DNA from: Candidatus Latescibacterota bacterium
GTDB lineage: Bacteria; Latescibacterota; UBA2968; GCA-2709665
Direction: 5' to 3'
NCBI GenBank assembly: GCA_965116875.1
Contig: OZ220733.1
Coordinates: 4,704,001-4,768,000 of the forward strand
Length of the DNA stretch: 64,000 nucleotides
Below are positions 56,438 to 64,000 of the stretch, piece after piece. The stretch's first letter is position 1; each line of letters begins with the position of its first letter. The translations under genes were made by a program, and so were the position numbers. Under the pieces are notes generated by a model. That model did no database searches. It saw only the letters and a list, made by a program, of their open reading frames with translations, and was not told the origin of the DNA.

Positions 56438-56689
56438 ATGAATACGGTCTGGGCGTTGCAGGATGCCAAGAATCGATTGAGCGAGTTGGTGAACAGCGCT
56501 GTGCGTGAAGGACCTCAAACCATCACCCGAAGAGGCAAAGAAACGGCCGTCGTCGTCTCCATTGAAGACTTCAGGCAACTGACGACATCACCGGGCTCTC
56601 TGGTCTCCTTCTTCCGCAATTCACCCCTGGCAGGATCGGGCGTCGATCTGGAGAGGATTACCGATTACGGACGGGAAGTCGACCTGTGA
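56438..56689 (+). CDS. Phd/YefM-family antitoxin
   Basis: WALQDAKNRLSELV...GPQTITRRG...AVVVS. Confidence 0.93.
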   Translation: MNTVWALQDAKNRLSELVNSAVREGPQTITRRGKETAVVVSIEDFRQLTTSPGSLVSFFRNSPLAGSGVDLERITDYGREVDL

Positions 56690-57120
56690 AGTTCCTGATC
56701 GACACCTGCGTCATTTCGGAACTCGTGAAAAAGGCGCCTTCAAGCGGGGTGACGCGGTGGCTGGAACAACAGGATGAACTCTCGTTGTATTTGAGCGTGA
56801 TCACTTTCGGCGAATTACATAAAGGTATTGCACAATTGCAGGCCGGTCGGAAAAAACGGGAATTAAATGAGTGGGTCGAAGGCCAACTGAGCAGGCGATT
56901 CACAGGACGAATTTTGGATGTCGATATCGACGTTGCCGTCCGATGGGGCGAGATCTCGACAGCAGCCGGTAAAGTTGGACGTACCGTACCCGTTCTGGAC
57001 GGCCTGTTGGCGGCAACCGCCCTGACTTTCGGTATGACGTTCGTCACCCGAAATACCGACCACGTCCAGGAAACCGGCGTTCGTTTGCTCGATCCATGGG
57101 TAACAGGACTCCAGCAATAG
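56686..57120 (+). CDS. VapC PIN-domain toxin
   Basis: LIDTCVISE, TFGEL, DGLLAATA, VTRN. Confidence 0.95.
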   Translation: MKFLIDTCVISELVKKAPSSGVTRWLEQQDELSLYLSVITFGELHKGIAQLQAGRKKRELNEWVEGQLSRRFTGRILDVDIDVAVRWGEISTAAGKVGRTVPVLDGLLAATALTFGMTFVTRNTDHVQETGVRLLDPWVTGLQQ

Positions 57121-57137
57121 GTCTCGACTCGAAGGAT

Positions 57138-57956
57138 TCACCCGCTGCGCTTCAGACGCCCGGTCCGCTTGGCGTACACCTCGGCCACGTGAAAGATCCA
57201 CAATCCCAGCGGAACCATGATTACGCCTGAAATCGTCAGGATGATGAGGTCGCCCTGTACATCGGCGATGCTCGCGTTGTCGAGCAGCGCCGTCCTGATG
57301 GATCGGAGCGCATAGGTCCCGGGCGAAAACGTCGAAAGCGGCCGCAGCCAGTCGGGGAGTACCGACACATCGTAGTAGACCCCGGATATCAGGAGCACCA
57401 GCGTTCCGAAAATGTCGGTGGCGCGCGCGCCCTTCTCCGGCGAGAGTAGCGGAAACACGGCAGCCATCAGGCCCATGCCAAGGAACGAGAGACTGGCCGT
57501 TGTCAGAACGGCGACCGCCGTGGTCAGATTTGCGTCCGACAGGCTCAGATCGAAAAACAGAACGGCCGATACGAGGACGATGCCGGACCTGAGAAAACCG
57601 TAGACGATCGCGTATATGCATTGCCCGGCGAGGTGCGTAAGCCTGTAGACGGGAGACATGAACGTGTATTCTATCGTGCCTTCCCATCGCTCCCAGGCGA
57701 CGGCGTCAGCGACTTCGAAGAACAGGAGTCGCAGGAAATTCCAGAGCACGGCGCCCACGATCAGGAAGAGTACCGCCTCTCGCACTTTCTCCGGGTCGTC
57801 TCCGCCCATATACACCCCGATCAACCCGATCGTCAACGCGTGCACCACGTTCCAGACGACAAAAATCAGCTCCCAGCTCGCGTATCGCCTGGCGAGATTG
57901 AAATTCCGCTCGATAAACGCTACCGACGCCTTGATCTCGGCGGTCAGCGGGTTCAT
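57138..57956 (-). CDS. ABC-2 type exporter permease
   Basis: Six hydrophobic segments, ERWEGTIE, SGVYY.VS.LP.W. Confidence 0.9.
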   Translation of the reverse strand: MNPLTAEIKASVAFIERNFNLARRYASWELIFVVWNVVHALTIGLIGVYMGGDDPEKVREAVLFLIVGAVLWNFLRLLFFEVADAVAWERWEGTIEYTFMSPVYRLTHLAGQCIYAIVYGFLRSGIVLVSAVLFFDLSLSDANLTTAVAVLTTASLSFLGMGLMAAVFPLLSPEKGARATDIFGTLVLLISGVYYDVSVLPDWLRPLSTFSPGTYALRSIRTALLDNASIADVQGDLIILTISGVIMVPLGLWIFHVAEVYAKRTGRLKRSG

Positions 57957-58903
57957 TCTCCGTCTCCTTCCGACTCCCCTTCCAGATCGGCATGGGCAAG
58001 ATCCATTCCCGTCATCTTGAAAAACACATCCTCCAGACTGCCCCCCACGCACCCGGCGCGAACCTTCAGTTCGTCGACCGTGCCCATGGCGATGAATTTC
58101 CCGTGGTGGATGATCGAAACCCGGTTGCAAATCCGTTCCGCTTCGTCCATGTCGTGCGTCGTCAACAGAACGGTCGCTTCGTGGCGTTCTCGAATTCCTG
58201 TAACATAGTCCTGAACCTGTCGTTTGGACACCGGGTCCAGTCCCGTCGTCGGCTCGTCCATCAACAGCAGTACCGGAGACGTCAGGAGCGCGCGGGCGAC
58301 GGCCACCTTCTGCTGCATGCCCCGTGAAAGGTCCTCCACAGGCTGATCCACCCGGTCTTCGCCGAAACCCAGTTCCGCCAGGATCGCCGTGGCTCGTCGG
58401 CGGCCTTCACGCACGGGAACTCCATACAAACGAGCCGCGTAACTCAGGTTTTCCCACGCCGACAGTTTTTTGAAGAACGCCGCGTCCACGGACACCCTGT
58501 TGATGCAGCGTCGTACACGCATCGCATCCCGCTCAACGTGCAGACCGAATACAAGGGCCTCGCCGCTGTCCGGAAAGACGAGTGTCGAGAGGATTCGAAT
58601 CAGCGTCGACTTTCCGGAACCATTCGGACCCAGAATCCCGAAGATCTCGCCCCGCTTCACCTCGAACCCAACCCGGTCGACGGCCAGGATCTCCCTGCGA
58701 CGCCGTCTGAATCGGTCCAGAAATCCGTTCGACCTGCCGGATTCGTTGTCGGGCACCCGGAAGACCTTCGTCAAGTCCGTCGCCCGAACCGCTGGCGCGT
58801 CATAATCGATGTCCAACGCAGTTTTCCCCTTCCCTGTGGAGACCGCCGTTCCTGCCCCGGTCCACCCGCATCCGTTCGGTTCCCGCCAGTTGGTTCCGGA
58901 CAC
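57953..58903 (-). CDS. ABC exporter ATP-binding protein
   Basis: GPNGSGKST, LSRGMQQK, LLMDEPT, TTH; true start may be downstream (~58817). Confidence 0.93.
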   Translation of the reverse strand: MSGTNWREPNGCGWTGAGTAVSTGKGKTALDIDYDAPAVRATDLTKVFRVPDNESGRSNGFLDRFRRRRREILAVDRVGFEVKRGEIFGILGPNGSGKSTLIRILSTLVFPDSGEALVFGLHVERDAMRVRRCINRVSVDAAFFKKLSAWENLSYAARLYGVPVREGRRRATAILAELGFGEDRVDQPVEDLSRGMQQKVAVARALLTSPVLLLMDEPTTGLDPVSKRQVQDYVTGIRERHEATVLLTTHDMDEAERICNRVSIIHHGKFIAMGTVDELKVRAGCVGGSLEDVFFKMTGMDLAHADLEGESEGDGE

Positions 58904-58957
58904 GCAGACTGCGCGAACCGGGAATGAAAGCGGCCGCGGTGGACGAAGTCAGTAAAT

Positions 58958-58982
58958 AAAAAAAGATGCGCCTTTGCGCATC
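58958..58982 (-). terminator. Terminator between rhodanese and the ABC genes
   Basis: GATGCGC-aaag-GCGCATC-T7. Confidence 0.85.
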
Positions 58983-59125
58983 CTGATATGGACCCACGTT
59001 ACGTCGACCGTAACGTCCGAACCGCTCCTCGTACGCCCTGCGTCTGCACCCTTTTGGGCCCGAACCGCCCAATTCCGTGGTGAACACCCGCCGCGCCCCG
59101 GACACCCCGAATCGAACCCGGGGGC

Positions 59126-59563
59126 TCAGCGCCCTTTCTGTCCATCGTAGGAATTCTGTTGGGTGACCTGTGTTGAAACCGGCAATCCCGAATCCCGCCA
59201 TCCGGCGACCTCCACCGTGCCCGTACCGGGATTGACCTTGCCGCCGTAGCCCCCGACGACATTTGCAATGTTCGAATAACCGGCCTTATCCAACATCTCT
59301 GCCGCGTACTGCGAACGCACACCCGACTGGCAGCCGCAGTAGATCTGCGTCTCATGGTTCAGCACACGCTCCACCACTGCCTGGAAATCGGGATTGGGCA
59401 TCATGCCGCCGGCCGGACTCTGAAACGCGACCGGGATATTGACCGCGCCCTCGGGGTGACCCGCGGCAAATTCGGCTTCGGTACGCACGTCCAGGTACAC
59501 CGCGTCGGCATCGGCGTCCAGCCCCGCCTTTGCATCGGAAGGGACTACCTGCTCAACTGCCAT
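59126..59563 (-). CDS. Rhodanese-like protein
   Basis: YLDVRT.AEF..GHP.GAVNIP, CQSGVRS. Confidence 0.93.
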   Translation of the reverse strand: MAVEQVVPSDAKAGLDADADAVYLDVRTEAEFAAGHPEGAVNIPVAFQSPAGGMMPNPDFQAVVERVLNHETQIYCGCQSGVRSQYAAEMLDKAGYSNIANVVGGYGGKVNPGTGTVEVAGWRDSGLPVSTQVTQQNSYDGQKGR

Positions 59564-59786
59564 AGACGAAACTCCTATTCTCTCATTCGAAACCGGCGCA
59601 CCGGACCAACGCCTGAGAGCCGGCGTCTGACGGCGCGTGATTCCGAAAGACGGAACGTATCAGCCCGCCGCCTCTGACCAGCGGATGATTTCACGGCCAC
59701 AATTGCAGAAAAAGGCGCGTTACCCGGATGCGACAACGAGTTACGAACATCAAATATACGTACCTGGACGCCACTTTGCAAGTCTT

Positions 59787-61706
59787 CTACCGCGAACCGT
59801 CGAATTCCCGCAGATCCACCTGGCAAATCTCGAATCCGGCAGTAAAGTAAAGAATGCGGTCTACGATCTGCAGATGTTCTCCCTTCTCTCCGATCCGAGG
59901 CACGAAACCGACGTTTTCGCCCCGGACTTCCAATTGACCGACCCCATCCTGCGCAGACGTCCAGAGCCGTCCGGTGGGCTCATCCCGAACCACCTCTCGA
60001 CACCCCGGTGGCATCGGCCCCAGATCGCGCAGGTCGCCTTCCTGCGCATTCCACGCGTAGAATCGTCCCCGCTGCGACGCAAGCACGCCCCCCGACGCCA
60101 GGACGACCAGCACCCTGGCAGCGCTCTCGCCGTCCTGAATGGCCTGGGAGCGGTCGACCGCCAGACTGTCCATGTCGAATGCCACGAGGCGGCCGGTGGT
60201 CTGAGTGGGCGGAGCGGAGTTCGCGTCCGCGAAGATTTCAGTTCCGCAATAGACCCGGCGGCGATTTGAATCGACCTGCAAGGAGTTTACCTTCTGGTCG
60301 CGCACGAGATGACGCCATACCCGGATCTCGCCCGTGGTTGGATCGATGCGGCTGAGCGCGCCGCCCAGTCGTCCGTATTCGGGGCTGGTGGCCATCCAGA
60401 CGTATCTGCCGTCGTGTACAAGCCCCGTGGGTCTCATCTGGCCTTCATGCTGCGCGCTGGCCAGCACCCGGGGGTTGTCGGGCCAGTCCGGCCTTGCTTC
60501 CGGATCGAATGCGGTCACGCTGGACGTGGTGTAGCTGCTCTGCAGAACCCGCCGTGTGATCGGCTCCCAGATGATCTGGTTGATCTGCCCGCCGCCCGGC
60601 GCCGCCCGGCCGCAATCCTCGCCGTCTCCGGTTTCCATGTCGACGACCCAGAACCGCTGGTTGATGAACGGCGCGCCAACGATGACCTTTCTGTCCGGGA
60701 CCGGGCACAGGGCATGCGCCGCCATGGGACCGGAGGATTCCAGGTCGATGCGGTCCGTCCGCGCCGTCCGTGTATCGTATCGAAGCGCCACGCCGGACAG
60801 GGTCACACCGCACACGTCGGCGTCGCCCCACGGATGTAACGTTACCGATTCCCCATCCGACCACTCGGGCGCGGCGACCTCCCACTTTTCAGCCTCTCGG
60901 TCCAGTACATGAAGGGAGTAATCAGCAGCGTTGTGCGCATAGAGGCGGCCGTCCACGACACAGGCCTTTCCTCCAGGACTCCCGCGTCCGGTACGTGGGA
61001 TCCGCTGCATGAATTCAAAACCCGGATACGCCATGAAATGGAGTTCTCCGCCCACAAATGCCGCAAGTGTCTCGTTGTCCCAGAAAAAAGCGTCTGTCGT
61101 GGAACCCACGCCCCGGATGTTCGCAGGTGTGTGGGATTCCGCAGTCATCGTCTCCAGGTTCAGCATGACAAACCGTGCCTGCGGCACGTCGATGGCGAGA
61201 AGGACACGACCGTCCGGCGCCTCCACGACGTTGTGGCCATATAGCGCGGTCGGGGATTCCGTATCGACGGGTCGGAAAACCTTCACCAGCCTGGACTCGC
61301 GCCAGTCGTACACCCCCACGTCGCCCGGGGATGCCTCCCAGACCGCGTACCGGTCCGTCACGCAGCCGCCCCACGTGATGGATTTCAATTCGCCGGTTAC
61401 CAGGACTTCGAAGCGATCGGCAGCCGGATCGTACCGGATCAGATCCCCGTTTCCGCAGCCCAGATAGAGGCAGCCGTCGGCGGCGGTTCTCAACATATAG
61501 GCGCCAGGTATTCCTTCGGGCAGATTTCGAAAACCTCTTGATCCGGTGTCCGGATTCCAGAAGTAGATCCTCCCCCCCGAACTCCCACCCCAGATGCTGC
61601 TGACCAGATGGTCGGCTCCCTGGAACGAGACCTGCTCCACCTCGGCATTGATGAAGGGCAGCCTGCTGTGCGGTATGGGGTAGCGTCTGACGGTTGCCAT
61701 GACCAC
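59787..61706 (-). CDS. Hypothetical protein, probable double beta-propeller
   Basis: Repeated short strand motifs (G.LIRYDP, GGALSRIDP.TG); no signal peptide evident. Confidence 0.7.
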   Translation of the reverse strand: MVMATVRRYPIPHSRLPFINAEVEQVSFQGADHLVSSIWGGSSGGRIYFWNPDTGSRGFRNLPEGIPGAYMLRTAADGCLYLGCGNGDLIRYDPAADRFEVLVTGELKSITWGGCVTDRYAVWEASPGDVGVYDWRESRLVKVFRPVDTESPTALYGHNVVEAPDGRVLLAIDVPQARFVMLNLETMTAESHTPANIRGVGSTTDAFFWDNETLAAFVGGELHFMAYPGFEFMQRIPRTGRGSPGGKACVVDGRLYAHNAADYSLHVLDREAEKWEVAAPEWSDGESVTLHPWGDADVCGVTLSGVALRYDTRTARTDRIDLESSGPMAAHALCPVPDRKVIVGAPFINQRFWVVDMETGDGEDCGRAAPGGGQINQIIWEPITRRVLQSSYTTSSVTAFDPEARPDWPDNPRVLASAQHEGQMRPTGLVHDGRYVWMATSPEYGRLGGALSRIDPTTGEIRVWRHLVRDQKVNSLQVDSNRRRVYCGTEIFADANSAPPTQTTGRLVAFDMDSLAVDRSQAIQDGESAARVLVVLASGGVLASQRGRFYAWNAQEGDLRDLGPMPPGCREVVRDEPTGRLWTSAQDGVGQLEVRGENVGFVPRIGEKGEHLQIVDRILYFTAGFEICQVDLREFDGSR

Positions 61707-61829
61707 TCCTGTTTTTCAGATTGTGTTTGATCTTTCCTTGACTGAGTCCCTACGGACTCCACATTGAGATCAACTCTCAAGAGAGTTAATTCACTGTATC
61801 GCAGTTCTCTACAACAAATATATCATGTT

Positions 61830-62447
61830 CTACTCGATATATCTCCGAACCTCGATCACCTTTCCCAGGATCGAAAACGTCTCGCCGTCTTCCCGAGGAA
61901 TGATGGATTCGAAGGCTTCGTTTTCAGGGTGCAGTTCTATCCGGCCGTTTTTCTCCCGGTATCTCTTGACTGTCGCCTCCTCGCCTACCATGGCAACGAC
62001 GATGTCTCCCGGCCTGGCAGCGTGCTGACGTCGAACAATCACGGTATCGCCGTGCAGGATGCCCGCCCTGAGCATACTGTCTCCCTGTACCGTGAGGGCG
62101 AAGAGTTCCGCGCCCTCGTAACGGGTCTGCTGAACGGGAAGATAGTCTTCCGGATTCTGAATGGCCGCGGTCAGGTCCCCGGCCTGGACGCGTCCCAGCA
62201 CGGGGATCAGATGAGAGGAACGCGCGCTGCCCATCTTCGGCAGCCGGTGCGACCTCGCCTTACCAGATTCCTTGACCAGTCTGCCCTCCAGAACGAGCGC
62301 TTCCAGATGCTGCCGGGCCGACTGAACAGCACGGAATCCGAACGCTTTCTGTACTTCACGGGTGCTGGGCGGCGAGCCGTTGAGAATCCGCTCTTTTACG
62401 AATTCATAGATTTTCTCACGCGTCTGACCGGGCGGTGTGTAGGCCAT
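61830..62447 (-). CDS. lexA: LexA repressor
   Basis: PSTREV...FG HTH, GRVQAG cleavage site, GDSM catalytic Ser, ATVK catalytic Lys, L.PEN. Confidence 0.93.
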   Translation of the reverse strand: MAYTPPGQTREKIYEFVKERILNGSPPSTREVQKAFGFRAVQSARQHLEALVLEGRLVKESGKARSHRLPKMGSARSSHLIPVLGRVQAGDLTAAIQNPEDYLPVQQTRYEGAELFALTVQGDSMLRAGILHGDTVIVRRQHAARPGDIVVAMVGEEATVKRYREKNGRIELHPENEAFESIIPREDGETFSILGKVIEVRRYIE

Positions 62448-62515
62448 ATTGCGATCCTGGACTCGAACCACTACCATATGCTGTCGATGAGATCCGGCTA
62501 CGGACATAAAAAAAC

Positions 62516-62537
62516 AGACAAACATCTGTCTTGTCAA
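62516..62537 (-). promoter_or_regulatory. -35 box and palindromic operator upstream of lexA
   Basis: TTGACA immediately followed by AGACA-N6-TGTCT. Confidence 0.65.
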
Positions 62538-62651
62538 GCGGGTTCTTGCGAATTGGACATAATAAAGGCCATGTTGATCACAGAATGAACAGGACTCGGG
62601 TTTCGTGGACGAATGTGTGAAGGCGGATCCTACGTTCCCCTGTTCCCATCG

Positions 62652-62790
62652 CTAACGTCCTTCGCTGAGTGGAGCGGAAAGTTTGACTTCGAGATTTCGA
62701 TCAAGTCTGTCTTGAAGGACACAAAAGATACCCGTGAGATTGTCCATCGTAGGATTTCCTTTTAACGACAACATACGATGGATTCGAGAT
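62652..62790 (-). pseudogene. C-terminal remnant of an HTH antitoxin (addiction-module antidote type)
   Basis: IHRMLSLKGNPTMDNLTGIF; no credible N-terminus. Confidence 0.5.
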
Positions 62791-62864
62791 GTATCTTGCC
62801 TGTCGACCGGCACCTGCGATCTGGTGTTGCCGACGGCCAACCTGCTGTGACTTCGGATCCGTCG

Positions 62865-63815
62865 TTACGTGTCCTCGCCTTCGTCTGTGTCGACCCGATT
62901 GGATCGCCTTGTTGACCTGGCCAGACGTTCCACAATCGCAAACCAGAGCCCCGCCAGGCCGATTTTGCGCCGTGACACCCGGGTCGCGTCGTCGAGGTCA
63001 TCTACCTCGTCGACGGTCGCATCTTCCGGAGCCATACCCTCCCCACTATCGGGTGCCGGGGCGTACAGCAATACCGTTGTGTTGTCCTGATACGGTTCGT
63101 CTGCCGCTTCAACGGCATCCATGAGCGAACCGGCCGCATCATTCAGGGGCCTGTCGCTCATTCCCCGGAGTATGCGCGCGATCTCCTCGTCCTTCAGCGT
63201 CATCAGTCCGTCGCTGGCCAGCAATACACGGTCGCCATTCCGCACCGCAACAGGCTGGGGCGACACGTCGATCAGGTGGATTTCATCGCCCATCACCGCG
63301 GACCGAAGCGCGTGCCGATTGGAATCCATTGCCGCCTGCTTTTCGGTCATGCGGCCCACCTTTACCAGGTTTTCAAGCACGGGCGCCATGGAATGGTCGG
63401 CATTGAGGCGGTGCAAGCGGCCGTCTCGGAACAACCACAGGGGGGAATCTCCCACGCTGATCCACTCCAGTCCGCGTTGAGACACGACGGCTGCGGCCAC
63501 GGTGGCCCCCATGCCGGTCAACTCCGGGTTCCTCCTCGTCGCATCCGCAAGGGCATCGTTGGCCGCGAAGAGACACGCGCGCAGTCGGTCCGCGATCTGC
63601 CCTTCCGTGCGACCATACGTCTCGACGAACGCATTGACGACCATTCGGCTGGCTGTATCGCCACTGACGTGACCGCCCATCCCGTCCGCGAGCAGCAACA
63701 CGTCGGCGCCGTCGGCATCCGGACCACCGCCTTCGATCAGGCCGTAGTCGTCCTCCTGGTAATCGCGGTCGCCGGTTATCTGTCCCGCGGCGAAGCGTCC
63801 TTCCAGCCGGTTCAT
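62865..63815 (-). CDS. PP2C-family Ser/Thr phosphatase
   Basis: RDYQED, LADGMGGH, SVGDS, ASDGL, DNTT. Confidence 0.95.
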   Translation of the reverse strand: MNRLEGRFAAGQITGDRDYQEDDYGLIEGGGPDADGADVLLLADGMGGHVSGDTASRMVVNAFVETYGRTEGQIADRLRACLFAANDALADATRRNPELTGMGATVAAAVVSQRGLEWISVGDSPLWLFRDGRLHRLNADHSMAPVLENLVKVGRMTEKQAAMDSNRHALRSAVMGDEIHLIDVSPQPVAVRNGDRVLLASDGLMTLKDEEIARILRGMSDRPLNDAAGSLMDAVEAADEPYQDNTTVLLYAPAPDSGEGMAPEDATVDEVDDLDDATRVSRRKIGLAGLWFAIVERLARSTRRSNRVDTDEGEDT

Positions 63816-64000
63816 TGCGGTCCTCCGAGCCAGCGCGAGGCCGCTGACGTGCCATCGAGGACACTTTCTCCGCGTTGAAGGGGAAATCTAACGTCTTGAG
63901 AATACCCGGGGATTGGCTCTGAACTCTCGTTCATCCTCAACTCTCGAATGTAACTGTCCAACATGGATATCTTCCTGCCGCGCAGGAATATTGAAGGATC
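63812..64000 (-). CDS. 3' end of an unidentified gene running off the window
   Basis: Frame open from 64000 to a TGA that overlaps the phosphatase ATG (ATGA). Confidence 0.5.
   Translation of the reverse strand, partial: DPSIFLRGRKISMLDSYIRELRMNESSEPIPGYSQDVRFPLQRGESVLDGTSAASRWLGGPQ

Noticed and set aside
59100-59125. tRNA fragment (GGTTCGATTC)
   Set aside because: Only a T-loop-like word is present, with no cloverleaf or acceptor stem.

Overview
GC-rich bacterial chromosome segment; nearly all genes lie on the minus strand. 0.2-13.3 kb holds housekeeping genes: DUF512 radical SAM, der, a MerR-family regulator, then rimP-nusA-infB-DUF503-rbfA-truB-ribF-rpsO-pnp. About 15-25.8 kb, downstream of tRNA-Gly(CCC), is an accessory zone of toxin-antitoxin debris (most toxins broken, most antitoxins intact), nuclease-like genes, a GxxExxY pseudogene bracketed by inward-facing repeat arrays, and several small hairpin repeat families, some nested inside each other. 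26-64 kb carries miaA, mutL, an aminotransferase, a heparinase-like lyase, hpt, UDG, a DUF3500-rtcB-COG0523-archease-mobA-PCD cluster, PBP1A, class I FBP aldolase, folE, ychF, a xanthine-dehydrogenase-family operon with two large subunits, phd-vapC, an ABC exporter, lexA and a PP2C phosphatase. Best candidates for undescribed biology: (1) the GxxExxY nuclease with cognate inverted arrays, (2) a COG0523 metallochaperone between rtcB and archease, (3) a structured 162-bp element inserted at start codons, including that of rimP, (4) nested micro-repeats. All calls come from manual motif reading and manual translation; no database search or folding program was run.
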